A stretch of 64,000 bases of DNA from an uncultured Desulfosarcina sp. (lineage in GTDB: Bacteria; Desulfobacterota; Desulfobacteria; Desulfobacterales; Desulfosarcinaceae): NCBI GenBank assembly GCA_963674945.2, contig CAXXWQ010000003.1, positions 384,001 through 448,000 of the forward strand, written 5' to 3'. The position numbers and the translations under genes are program-made. The first letter of the stretch is position 1, and every line of letters begins with the position of its first letter. This document shows, piece after piece, positions 30,011-39,539 of the stretch. The notes under the pieces were generated by a model. It was not told where the DNA came from and ran no database searches. It saw only the letters and a list, made by a program, of their open reading frames with translations.

Positions 30011-30436
30011 TTAAAAACATTCGAGTATGGTTAAATGAGCGCGATCGAAACCTCGCATGGCAGACATGAACGAGCGAAAGGCATCTTTCGAAGATAAAAC
30101 CCCGCGATCCTTTTCGATGCGTCCGTACTGCCGGGCAAGAAGGATACAGCCGTCGGTCTCGACGGCACGATTGCCGGGATGGAAACGGATCAGGTCCCGG
30201 AAGGGCACGTCGCAGACCTCGAAGGTCTCCCCGAACCGGCTGGACTGTATCCGTTTGAGTTTGTACTGCTGTGCCGGGATGGATGAGCGATTGCGCTGGT
30301 TTTCTCGATCGGGAGGCTCAAGCGTGACGCAAAAGACCTGCTTGTTGATCCGGAGAACGCCGAATGTTCCGTGCTCGGAATCTTCTTCCAGCCGGATCAA
30401 CTCGATGATGGGGATAAGATTGTGGTCGGGTGTCAT
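30011..30436 (-). CDS. DUF5675 family protein, putative endolysin
   Basis: GTFG.L, CVTLEP, SIPAQQY, IRFHPGN, TDGCIL; first late gene. Confidence 0.75.
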   Translation of the reverse strand: MTPDHNLIPIIELIRLEEDSEHGTFGVLRINKQVFCVTLEPPDRENQRNRSSIPAQQYKLKRIQSSRFGETFEVCDVPFRDLIRFHPGNRAVETDGCILLARQYGRIEKDRGVLSSKDAFRSFMSAMRGFDRAHLTILECF

Positions 30437-30458
30437 TTGCCGCTCCCTGAAAACAAAA

Positions 30459-30503
30459 CGAGCCGGTCATCCTCGATTGACAGTTCGAAGGATGACCGGC
30501 TCG
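30459..30503 (-). terminator. Terminator-like hairpin in the late-operon leader
   Basis: CGAGCCGGTCATCCT...AGGATGACCGGCTCG followed by TTTTGTTTT on the minus strand. Confidence 0.6.
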
Positions 30504-30779
30504 ATTGTGTCGCTTCCGGTCGCGGGTCTTATTGCAACCCTTCCCACAATAAAACGGAGGGCATTTGGTTTGTGATGATTAGTTTAAGCAGTATTTCTCT
30601 TTGTGGTCAAGCCATTTTTTGGTAGTGCTTCTATTTTTCTTTTTTTATTCCATATTCGTCTCATATGCTGCACGCTTATCGGGGCAATCTCTTCAATAGC
30701 CCATTACCCCATCGCCTCTTGCCAGATTAAGGCCAATTCCTCGGCACTGTTGATGCTCCGCATGATGGGCAGAAGAGTT

Positions 30780-33050
30780 TCAAGTTTTTTCGCTTCTTAA
30801 CTTTCGCAACAGATCATCAACCATTGCCTCTTTTGGTGATTGGATTTCACGAAAAAGAACAAGTGCCTTCTGGAACATCTCCTCTGTACGATCAAGCTCT
30901 CCGCGGATCATATACAAACTCCCGAGGTTGCTGTAGTCACTTGCCATGCCCTCTTTACCTCCGAGCATCTTATTGATGGCCATCGACTTCTGGTACATCT
31001 CCTCTGCACGATCAAGCTTTCCGCAGGTCTGATACAAGGTCCCGAGGTTACCATAGTCAATTGCCATGCCCTCTTTGCCACCGAGCGCCACGTTGATGGA
31101 TAGTGATTTCTGGTACATCTCCTCCGCTCGATCAAGCTTTCCGCAGGTCTGATACAAGTTCCCGAGGCTACCGTAGTCAATTGCCATGCCCTCTTTACAA
31201 CCAAGCGTCTTGGTAATAGCCAGTGACTTCTGGAGCATCTCCTCTGCTCGATCAAGCTCTCCGCGGATCTGATACAAGGCTCCGAGATTGGTGTGTTGAC
31301 TTGCAATGCCCTCTTTACGACCGAGCACCTCGTTAATGGCCAATGATTTCTTATACATTTCTTCCGCACGATCGAGCTCTCCGCGAATCTGATATAAGGT
31401 TCCGAGGTTACCGTAGTCAATTGACATGCTCTCTTTACGGCCGAGCGCCTCATTGATGGCCAGTGATTTTTTGCACATCTCCTCTGCACGATCGAGCTCT
31501 CCGCGGGTCTTATACAAGAGTCCGAGGTTGCCATATTGACTTGCAACGCCTTCTTTACAACCGAGCGCCTCGTTAATGGCCAGTGATTTCTGGTGCATCT
31601 CCTCTGCACGATCAAGCTCTCCGCGGATCTGATACAAAATTCCGAGGATACCGTAGTCACTTGCCATGCCCTCTTTGCGACCGAGCGACTCATTTATGGC
31701 CAGTGACTTCTGGCACATCTCCTTTGCACGATCAAACTCTCCACGGATTTTATACAAGAGTCCTATATTGCAGTAGCTATTTGCCATCCCCTCTTTATGG
31801 TTTAGCACCTCGTCGATAGCCAGCGACTTCATGTACATCTCCTTCGCTTGATCAAGCTCTCCGCGAATTTTATACAAGTTCCCGAGGTTACCGTAGTCAA
31901 CTGCCATGCCCTCTCTACGGCCGAGCGTTTCGTCGATGGCCAGTGACTTCTGGTACATCTCTTCCGCTCGATCAAGCTCTCCGCGAATTTTATACAAGTT
32001 CCCGAGGTTACCGTAGTCAACTGCCATGCCCTCTCTACGGCCGAGCGTTTCGTCGATGGCCAGTGACTTCTGGTACATCTCTTCCGCTCGATCAAGCTCT
32101 CCGCGGATCTTATAAACGTTCCCGAGGTTGCTTAGGGCTTCCGCAGTTTCTATAGTCTTATTCTCAGCGCCACTTAGACTTATCCATTTTTCAAGAACCA
32201 TAGCCGCAGAATCCAAATCGCCGGTACGGTAAAAAAATTCATACCCGAGAGACAATATCCGTATATCCGTAGTCTCTGAAACAAGCTTCGTCAGCTTTTC
32301 TCTTGCAAACTCGATTTTGCCTTCCTTTGAAAATTTCGCAGCATCTTCAGCAATCTGTAGCTGCGTGGTTTCCAATTCTAAACGAACCTTTTCTGCAGCA
32401 TCATTCGCTTTCTTTGCTTCCTCAGTTTTCTGAGAAGCTATCTTTTTAGCTTTCTCTACCTCCTCTAAAGCGGCTATTGGAAGTACAATCATATCAAAAC
32501 ATTGGTCGGCCTTCGGCAACGCATCTTTGGCATAGGCCCTGAGATGACGATCAACTTCGTCCAGGAAAGATTGAGGGGAATCGAAATAGTGGTATAGTAT
32601 TTGTCTTGTTTTTTCCAAGTGCATCCTGAAGTCCATCACTTTGCGCAACTGAGGCCCCGGATCACCCTCAGATTCAGCATCCACTCGCTTGAAGAAAACG
32701 AAAATTTCAGGCGCGCGACTGTTCCTCCAGCGCTCTAATGCCCTATGAAACTCCTCTTCGGTGTAGGAGGAATACGGTTTAGCGTCCGGAGCGGGTTGCC
32801 CCCAGCGCCTATGCATCGCCAAAATAAAGACGTCGCAACTGTCGATTTCTTCATTGATTACACTTTGGTTTCGCCGGCCGGTAGATGCCAGTGTGTCTTC
32901 CCAACCCAAAGGCTCATATTCCACATTGGCTCCATCACCGAACCCTACATTGAGCTGATTAATCGCTTTCCTGAATATCCTACGCTCTTCCGCCAGATCA
33001 CCTGGCGAAGCGATAAAGACTCTGATTTTTCTTTTCACAGTTTCACTCAT
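30780..33050 (-). CDS. DUF4062 (TIR/NDT-like) plus TPR-repeat protein
   Basis: IRVFIASPGDLAEER, CDVFI, SYTEEEF; about eleven 40-aa TPR repeats. Confidence 0.85.
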   Translation of the reverse strand: MSETVKRKIRVFIASPGDLAEERRIFRKAINQLNVGFGDGANVEYEPLGWEDTLASTGRRNQSVINEEIDSCDVFILAMHRRWGQPAPDAKPYSSYTEEEFHRALERWRNSRAPEIFVFFKRVDAESEGDPGPQLRKVMDFRMHLEKTRQILYHYFDSPQSFLDEVDRHLRAYAKDALPKADQCFDMIVLPIAALEEVEKAKKIASQKTEEAKKANDAAEKVRLELETTQLQIAEDAAKFSKEGKIEFAREKLTKLVSETTDIRILSLGYEFFYRTGDLDSAAMVLEKWISLSGAENKTIETAEALSNLGNVYKIRGELDRAEEMYQKSLAIDETLGRREGMAVDYGNLGNLYKIRGELDRAEEMYQKSLAIDETLGRREGMAVDYGNLGNLYKIRGELDQAKEMYMKSLAIDEVLNHKEGMANSYCNIGLLYKIRGEFDRAKEMCQKSLAINESLGRKEGMASDYGILGILYQIRGELDRAEEMHQKSLAINEALGCKEGVASQYGNLGLLYKTRGELDRAEEMCKKSLAINEALGRKESMSIDYGNLGTLYQIRGELDRAEEMYKKSLAINEVLGRKEGIASQHTNLGALYQIRGELDRAEEMLQKSLAITKTLGCKEGMAIDYGSLGNLYQTCGKLDRAEEMYQKSLSINVALGGKEGMAIDYGNLGTLYQTCGKLDRAEEMYQKSMAINKMLGGKEGMASDYSNLGSLYMIRGELDRTEEMFQKALVLFREIQSPKEAMVDDLLRKLRSEKT
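30850..32130. repeat. 120-bp tandem repeats encoding TPR units
   Basis: Period 120 bp; 31861-31980 and 31981-32100 are identical. Confidence 0.9.
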
Positions 33051-33106
33051 TTCCGGTTTTTGAGGAGCCTCAAATCGTCGAACGATCTATCAGACATAAA
33101 AACGAT

Positions 33107-33580
33107 TTAATCAAAGGTCTGGCCCTTCGGGACCGCTGAATTTTCAGGTTGGATTTTTTTTCGTCTTCTGAAATTTCGCCATTCATTTTTGTCCAAGTAA
33201 GCAAATGATTGCGGTGCATTTGCCAAGGTTTTGCATTCATTCAAAGGTATCGCTTTATTGAACGACTTAGGATTATCAAGCAAATAGCATTTGCCAATCT
33301 CATATCCATAATAATATTTTGAAAAGTCCTGGTAGTTGATGAACCCTAAACTTCCAAACTCTTTCCATAATTTTTCAGGTGAATCGATAATGCATTCTTT
33401 TACATCACAGTAGCCTAATATTTCTTGGTCTGGTTTCGTTGAATAGATAACGATCTTTTGAATGTTGGACGGTACTCCATTGCGCCTGAATTCGACTGTT
33501 TTCTTGCCAGACAATATTGCTCGCGCATATATTGGATTTATTGATAAAATAATTATATGCTTAGTCTTGTTTTGATCCAA
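33107..33580 (-). CDS. ASCH domain protein
   Basis: ILSINPIYARAILSGKKTVEFRR, IYST.P, APQSF. Confidence 0.85.
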   Translation of the reverse strand: MDQNKTKHIIILSINPIYARAILSGKKTVEFRRNGVPSNIQKIVIYSTKPDQEILGYCDVKECIIDSPEKLWKEFGSLGFINYQDFSKYYYGYEIGKCYLLDNPKSFNKAIPLNECKTLANAPQSFAYLDKNEWRNFRRRKKIQPENSAVPKGQTFD

Positions 33581-34927
33581 TTTACACCCTCTTGTTTTAG
33601 CTTCATAATTGATTGTGGGGCACCCTTTACAACCCCAGATCGTTTTAGCTCTTTTAACCCTAAAGGTGTCGTTAACCCTTTTACATATCGGAACCTAATA
33701 GCTAAAGTCGGTTTGATGCAAAACTCGGCTATGCTATTATAACTATATACAGTTCGTGAGCCAACATGTCTGGCTATTTCATTAGGATTTGTAGTACGTA
33801 TAAAATCTTCGACGGATCCTATTGCAGTAATTCCTTTAACATCTTCAGATCTATAGAAAAAAATGTTGTCACCAGTCTTAATTTGTTTATTGAGGGAATG
33901 GCATAGATATGCTTTTTTAATGCTATTTCCACAAGGACGAGTCTCGTTGAATATCTGGATTTGTGATTCCAGCTCAGGAAAGAGAGCTGAATGAAATATT
34001 GGTTTAATAGGAATTAAAAACGTATTGTTTCCTTTAAATAGAACACGCCTAGGACCATATTTGATATGGAATTCAAGAGGCGACATATCTTCAATATCTT
34101 GAGATGAATAAGTAAGTTTTTTATAAACGATTAATTCCCCGTTTTTACATTGTTTATTAAATACGCTGAATCCGAATGATTCTGAAAATGCGATTAAGTC
34201 ATCGTATTTTGGAAACGTTGTGAAATAGATATAGTCATAATTATTGTTGTCAGCATAGTCGAACACCGCCTTGAATAAAAGCTCGCCAAATCGCTTTCCA
34301 AATTCCATTTCGGATATCTTAAAGGTGCATAATTTTAAAGTCCGGCCTCTATCACCAGTTGGAACTTCTTCTTCGCTTTTAATTATACAAATTCCTGATA
34401 AACGAACCATTCCATCACTACATATCACATACGCTTCTCGATGATCTCTCTTGCATTTCGTCAACCACTTGTCAAACTTGGGGGAATAGTCTTGGCGTAA
34501 TGAGTTAAAAATTGGATCATTTTCATTCAGCTCGTATATATAAACTTTTTTAACGGATGGCGGTGGTGGCGGCGATTTATCAAAAAGATCAAGTAAAAGA
34601 GCTATCGCATCTTTAAGAAAGAACACTCTCGATTCAATACCTGATCGGTGGGCTTTACGGTGTAGCTTTTTATCTTCCGTGATTAGAAAATCAACTGCGT
34701 CACCTTTTACCGATGCCAGAAGGCAATTATCTACATAATCGTTACTGCCCAAGACAGGCTCGCCAACTATGTCTGGATCTAAAAGAGATAATGGAGGTGG
34801 GGATTCTATTCTTTCATATTTTTTTATAAGCCTTTTTCTTAACGTAGACCTTTCAGTATTCCTATCCCGATCTAAATCAAATCCGACAGCAGGATGAACA
34901 TAAATAGTGTTTCCTGACTTTTGAATT

Positions 34928-36493
34928 GTACGCATTCACAGGGTAACACCCATTGGATTAAATCCAGGAAAGGTTTGGCTCTAAATTTCGAAAATAGGAA
35001 GTAATGCACTCCACGAGAAAAGGAAAAGTCTGCTTTGCTTGTAAGCGACAGGTTTCTTTCAGTGACAATATCCGCTCAACCCAACGGTTTCCTTTCTCGC
35101 TTTGGGTGCCAAGGCTTCGTTTCCGCCACAATACACCAAAGCGTAGCGCTCTTTCGGCACGATTGTTTGTGGGATCGACGCCCTTGTGATCCATAAACAC
35201 CCATAGGTTGTTCATTTCCCGGATGATCTGCCGAGCGAGTTTTCCTGCATCCGTTTTATCGGGTTCCCAAAGGGACACGGTAAACAAGAAGAATGTATAA
35301 AAATCCGACCATTGCTTTGGGTCGGGTGGCTCTTTGGCAAACGATACCAGTTGTCTCAACCAAGCGGCGACGATTTCTCCGAAGCGACGTAAATCCGGCT
35401 TCTTTCTCTCCGCCAGAGAATCGGCCTTACGGATTAGATGAGCCAGGCACGTCTGGCGGTGAACCCATTTTTGATACAGGCCGTAACCGTCGCTGACCAG
35501 AATGCCGTTCCAGTCCTGGATGAGTGCTTCGAAAGCCACCTTGGAGCGATGCGGGTCTATGCGATAGAAAGCAACCCGCTCGTTGACCATGGCCCACAGC
35601 CAGTGCAGATCGTTTTCTGTAAACCAGGAGGTCTCATCGATATAATTGCACCAGAAACTTCTGGCGATACCCCCGATACGTTCATACACAGGCAAAATCG
35701 CCATTGAAGTGCGGTCAACGATTTTTTGGATCGTCCCCGTAGCAATGGGAATGTCTAACACAGAGTCGCATAACTGCTTTACGTCCATTCGGCTCATCCC
35801 TTTAATACCGCTTAATTCACCAACAAATGCGGTAAATCGGGGACCGTATCCGCTCGACAGGGCAGATGGCAGCTTGGCTTTGACAACCTTCCCGCAATTG
35901 GGGCAATCGCACTTGTGCAGAATATAGTGGCTGACTTCCATTTCGATTTTGGGAAGTTCGATCTGTTGATGGGTGTAAAAAGGCTTCATCTTTTCCTGAT
36001 CGAACACCGAATGACCACAACTGCAGCATTTTGGCATCAACGAATGTTGCTTTGTCGGCTCGAGCAGTTGTTGCTGGTGCGGTTTGTGTCCTTTTTGTCC
36101 GCCTTTGGATCGCTTGCTCTTTTTCTGTTTTCTTTTCTGCTTGCTAAAAGGCGGATCGGATGAGGGCGGTTTACTGGAATTACGAGAATTCATTTTGGTC
36201 TGGACTTCAAGTTTCTCTATGCGTTTTTCATGGGTCTCAACCCATTTTTGCATATCATGAAGCGCCTGTTCCAGATATAGGATGTAATTTCTCACCGCCT
36301 CTGGTGTCAGTTGCCAATCGAGTTCTGAAAATGGTCTTTTGAGTGCCATGAAAAGCACTCTAACATAGTTAAAAGAAAAAATCTAGATTTATTTTAAATT
36401 ATTTCAGGCAGTTACGGTGCACACAATTTATGCTTTGTTTTCAATGGGTTAAAGGCCATGATGTCAGCCCTAAAATGCCCCGTGAACGGTTAC
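34928..36493 (-). mobile_element. IS66-family insertion sequence (single-ORF type)
   Basis: Ends GTAACCGTTCAC / GTACGCATTCAC; 8-bp TSD TTTGAATT at 34920-34927 and 36494-36501. Confidence 0.92.
34958..36358 (-). CDS. tnpC: IS66 family transposase
   Basis: NSRNSSKPPSSD, GGQKGH, DETSW, LVSDGY, CLAHL, PTNNRAERALR. Confidence 0.92.
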   Translation of the reverse strand: MLFMALKRPFSELDWQLTPEAVRNYILYLEQALHDMQKWVETHEKRIEKLEVQTKMNSRNSSKPPSSDPPFSKQKRKQKKSKRSKGGQKGHKPHQQQLLEPTKQHSLMPKCCSCGHSVFDQEKMKPFYTHQQIELPKIEMEVSHYILHKCDCPNCGKVVKAKLPSALSSGYGPRFTAFVGELSGIKGMSRMDVKQLCDSVLDIPIATGTIQKIVDRTSMAILPVYERIGGIARSFWCNYIDETSWFTENDLHWLWAMVNERVAFYRIDPHRSKVAFEALIQDWNGILVSDGYGLYQKWVHRQTCLAHLIRKADSLAERKKPDLRRFGEIVAAWLRQLVSFAKEPPDPKQWSDFYTFFLFTVSLWEPDKTDAGKLARQIIREMNNLWVFMDHKGVDPTNNRAERALRFGVLWRKRSLGTQSEKGNRWVERILSLKETCRLQAKQTFPFLVECITSYFRNLEPNLSWI

Positions 36494-36694
36494 TTTGAAT
36501 TAACCTATGAAACTCCAGGGCATGATCCGTGTTAATTCCAAAATCGGAAATTGTCCCTGGTTCTAATGGGACAATGATGTTTGTATCAATTAAGAATTTC
36601 ATTGGTCATATTAATTCAAGGCCAGCACTCTGGCTCTTAGGTAAGGGCCTCTTTTTATATATAATTCTTGAGTAGCCGATTGTTTGGCATTCAT

Positions 36695-37483
36695 TCAAAT
36701 ATATAGCGGACTCTTATAGCTGTTTTTTGTTAACCATTTCTCATATCCATCTATCTCTGGACCACCGAGATTCATTGCATATTCAACACCAAAGATTGCA
36801 AAAACAACAAAGAACTCACTGTCAGAGGTGACAAGGATTTTAAACTCATGAAGAACCTCGTATGGTTCCCCGCCAGGCTCGCAAAACAGAAAATCGCTTG
36901 GGTATATCCGTCGGACGCTTATAGGCCAGTCGTTATGCCCGCAGTTCCATCTGACAAAGTTACGCAGATCACTTAGCTCTGGTTTGAAGGCAATATCATA
37001 ATTTGCACCAGCCACATTAAGCGCACGGTGAGCAAGCACCTCAAGCCCAACCTTACCAATGAACCGTGCAAGTGAAGGACAGGGTTCTGGCATCGGTGTG
37101 TGGGGCAGTAAAAGAGTCCCGAAAGTGTTCTTTGTATAAGATTGAATCCAACGTGAAGGATCTTCATCTCTCGCTGCACCAACTGCAAGCCCTTCTCCGT
37201 TAGGTAAGTGGAAAGCCTCAATTTTTGTGCGAGATTGGACATGGAATCCCGTGATATATGGGATTCTTCCCCGTTTATTTGGGACGGCCATTTGAAAACG
37301 GGCCTCTGTAAGGTGCAGAGATTCTAAAAAGGGTTTTTCGATCTTAATCGAAAAATAATGGTTGCATTTGTCGCATACCCAACCACGTGGAAGAACATGG
37401 TCAGTGTTTCCAAGAGACTCAGGGATGATATGCTCCACAGACTTTGACGAATTAGATACTGATTGGCAAAAAATGCAGTTCAT
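36695..37483 (-). CDS. HNH endonuclease (gene cassette)
   Basis: CIFC...SVEHIIPESLGN...VCDKCN; begins just after a GTTCGGC core site. Confidence 0.85.
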   Translation of the reverse strand: MNCIFCQSVSNSSKSVEHIIPESLGNTDHVLPRGWVCDKCNHYFSIKIEKPFLESLHLTEARFQMAVPNKRGRIPYITGFHVQSRTKIEAFHLPNGEGLAVGAARDEDPSRWIQSYTKNTFGTLLLPHTPMPEPCPSLARFIGKVGLEVLAHRALNVAGANYDIAFKPELSDLRNFVRWNCGHNDWPISVRRIYPSDFLFCEPGGEPYEVLHEFKILVTSDSEFFVVFAIFGVEYAMNLGGPEIDGYEKWLTKNSYKSPLYI

Positions 37484-37493
37484 TGTCTAAGTT

Positions 37494-37610
37494 GCCGAAC
37501 GCTGCTGTTCACCAGGCGGGCGGCGCCAAAGGAAAGCCGCCATAAAGCGAAAAAAAATACTTAAAAAAACGCCGAGGTAGCCCGCTCAGTGTGCAACAGC
37601 CTTGTTATGG
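37494..37610 (-). other. attC integron recombination site
   Basis: Minus strand: CCATAAC..GCTGTT(G)CAC...GTGAACAGC..GTTCGGC; extrahelical G and variable terminal loop. Confidence 0.8.
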
Positions 37611-37624
37611 TTTTTTAACTTTGG

Positions 37625-38791
37625 TTAATTCAGTGTTTCAATGTTTTGAAAGGCTTGGTTCAATTCATCAACGTTTTTAAATCTTATATCGTTGTCTTTG
37701 TGAAGACCTTTTTCAATAAAGTCTTTTAGGTTTGGCCTAACTTTATCAAAGTTAGTTTTCCCTGTTAGTACGAAGTAAAGGATACGAGTTAAGGCGTATG
37801 TCTCGTGTAAAATATTATAATTGTTAAACCCTTCAACTAATAAATTGGGGTCATTCAAATATCCTTTAAACTCAGTACTTAGCGACGTAAGGCTACTATT
37901 GGGTATTCTAACCAGACCAAAGTCAGCAATTTTAACAACAGGAACATCATCATATAGCTTCAGTAATATATTTTTCGGGCTGATATCTCTGTGTAATAAT
38001 TTTTTTGAGTGTATATACCTGAAAGCTTGGATAATTTGATTTCCGAGTTTCTTTTTCTCTTGAAACGAAAGCTTTGTGTTATTTGCGATTATATAATCCT
38101 TCAAAGAAATATCCATAAAATCCATAATATATTCTTGTTTCTTGTCGTTATAACTGAAAACTTCGAGAATATAAGGAGAATTTAGAGAGTTCATTTGCTC
38201 AAACTCCCTCTTGAACCTTTCTATTTCTTTGTCATTCAAATCTTTTTTTGCTCTTTTAAGTGCAAAAGTTTTTTGGTAAAAATCGTCAAAATATTTAAAG
38301 ACTAGAGCATAAGAACCTTCGCCTATCAATTTTAAATTTTTTACAGTCTTTTGATTTTCAATAACAATTGATTTTTGAGGAATGAAAATCGGTATTGTAT
38401 AATATAGTTCAATTTTATCTGTATTTGGTGGAATTTCACTACCACCACTTCTACTTAAAAAAGACTTACATAAAGATATTATTTTTTGATAATTTTCATC
38501 AATTGTGAACGCAAGTTGTGAATGTTTAAGAGACCTTTCCAATGCTTCGATTATTGAAATAATATTAATTAATTCACGACTTGGATCTGCCCAGAAATGA
38601 GCCATACTACCATCGCTTGTTGGTAACCTCTCATTCATTGTGTCAAATAGGTCAATCAACTTAGCGTGAAGTGTCGAAAACAATTTTTTAAGCTTTTCGT
38701 TGCTGAATGACTCGTATAAATCTTCGTATTCATTGCTTAACGAGTCTATCAGCTTTCTATAATGAGATTCAATTGAGTTTTGAGTTTTCAT
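37625..38791 (-). CDS. Ser/Thr protein kinase with uncharacterised N-terminal domain (gene cassette)
   Basis: GEGSYA, ALK, HRDISPKN, DFG; very AT-rich. Confidence 0.9.
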   Translation of the reverse strand: MKTQNSIESHYRKLIDSLSNEYEDLYESFSNEKLKKLFSTLHAKLIDLFDTMNERLPTSDGSMAHFWADPSRELINIISIIEALERSLKHSQLAFTIDENYQKIISLCKSFLSRSGGSEIPPNTDKIELYYTIPIFIPQKSIVIENQKTVKNLKLIGEGSYALVFKYFDDFYQKTFALKRAKKDLNDKEIERFKREFEQMNSLNSPYILEVFSYNDKKQEYIMDFMDISLKDYIIANNTKLSFQEKKKLGNQIIQAFRYIHSKKLLHRDISPKNILLKLYDDVPVVKIADFGLVRIPNSSLTSLSTEFKGYLNDPNLLVEGFNNYNILHETYALTRILYFVLTGKTNFDKVRPNLKDFIEKGLHKDNDIRFKNVDELNQAFQNIETLN

Positions 38792-38836
38792 ATTTCATAA
38801 CAACACTTCATTTAAACCGTTTGAGTTACTTCCAAA

Positions 38837-38902
38837 CCAGAACGTGCAGGTAACTTGCCGGGCGCGTCGTTTTGCCCGGTCAAGTTCACTTGCTGGTTAT
38901 GA
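38837..38902 (-). other. attC integron recombination site
   Basis: Minus strand: TCATAAC CAGCA AGT(G)AACTTG(A)CCGGGC..GCCCGGCAAGTTACCT GCAC GTTCTGG; two extrahelical bases. Confidence 0.85.
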
Positions 38903-38912
38903 AATTTTGTTG

Positions 38913-39401
38913 CTATTCATATAGTGGTTGATGAAAATAATGTTTCACTTTGTCATCTATTTCCATCAGTTCACATAAAATCAGTATTGAGTGTTTTATT
39001 AGCTTCGTATCCCGAGAAATTTCTTTTGAAGAACCATGTTCAAATTTTCCACCATGAAAAAGATTGTTACGAATACGACAAATCATTGTTACCAAAAAAT
39101 GTATTGTTGGAGTATTTTTATCTAATGGGAAATCCTGCCATTCTAAATGACCATCCACAATAGCTTGTTTTTTAGGTGGAGACTTTTTTATATACTCAAC
39201 GGCCTGTTTGAAAGCATCAGATTTATTTTCATTAAAATCAGGACGAATTTTTTTTGCAAATTTTTGCCAATTGGCCGATACATAATCCTTATTTTCTAGA
39301 AATCCAGATGCTTTCAATGCATACTCAGATCTTGAAAAGATGTAAAAAAACTGTTCCGCATATGTTTTCTTCACTTTTAAGCAATCTGTGATTGTTTTCA
39401 T
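38913..39401 (-). CDS. HEPN-like protein (first gene cassette)
   Basis: FSRSEYALK and RNNLFHGGK (RxxxxH) motifs; bounded by GTTATGA and TCATAAC. Confidence 0.7.
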   Translation of the reverse strand: MKTITDCLKVKKTYAEQFFYIFSRSEYALKASGFLENKDYVSANWQKFAKKIRPDFNENKSDAFKQAVEYIKKSPPKKQAIVDGHLEWQDFPLDKNTPTIHFLVTMICRIRNNLFHGGKFEHGSSKEISRDTKLIKHSILILCELMEIDDKVKHYFHQPLYE

Positions 39402-39411
39402 ATTTTGTCTT

Positions 39412-39505
39412 TCATAACATTAATATTCTATAGGACTTAAAATAGATGATTTCATACTACCACGTATTTAGAACCAGTTCTTTATCAGGAAATTGGAAAT
39501 GTAGA
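39412..39505 (-). other. attI-like leader of cassette array 1
   Basis: Ends CTATAGAATATTAAT|GTTATGA; homologous to 49788-49857. Confidence 0.6.
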
Positions 39506-39510
39506 TGGAC

Positions 39511-39539
39511 AGAATATCCAAAGATATTAAATATGTCAA
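39511..39539 (-). promoter_or_regulatory. Sigma70 promoter driving cassette array 1 (Pc-like)
   Basis: TTGACA-17bp-TATTCT. Confidence 0.7.

Larger units (their letters stand above)
33553..36602 (-). pseudogene. PIN + GNAT + PUA-like protein interrupted by IS66
   Basis: N-terminus MKFLIDTNIIVPLE (36602-36494) joins in frame to IQKSGNTIYVHP once the IS is removed; VDNCLL, DFLITEDK (PIN); LKLCTFK, GKRFGELL (GNAT); GNSIKKAYL, GDNIFFYRS (PUA). Confidence 0.85.

Noticed and set aside
30850..32130. CRISPR array or DGR template/variable repeats
   Set aside because: The repeats are contiguous in-frame 120-bp TPR units without spacers; no cas or reverse transcriptase gene is in the window.
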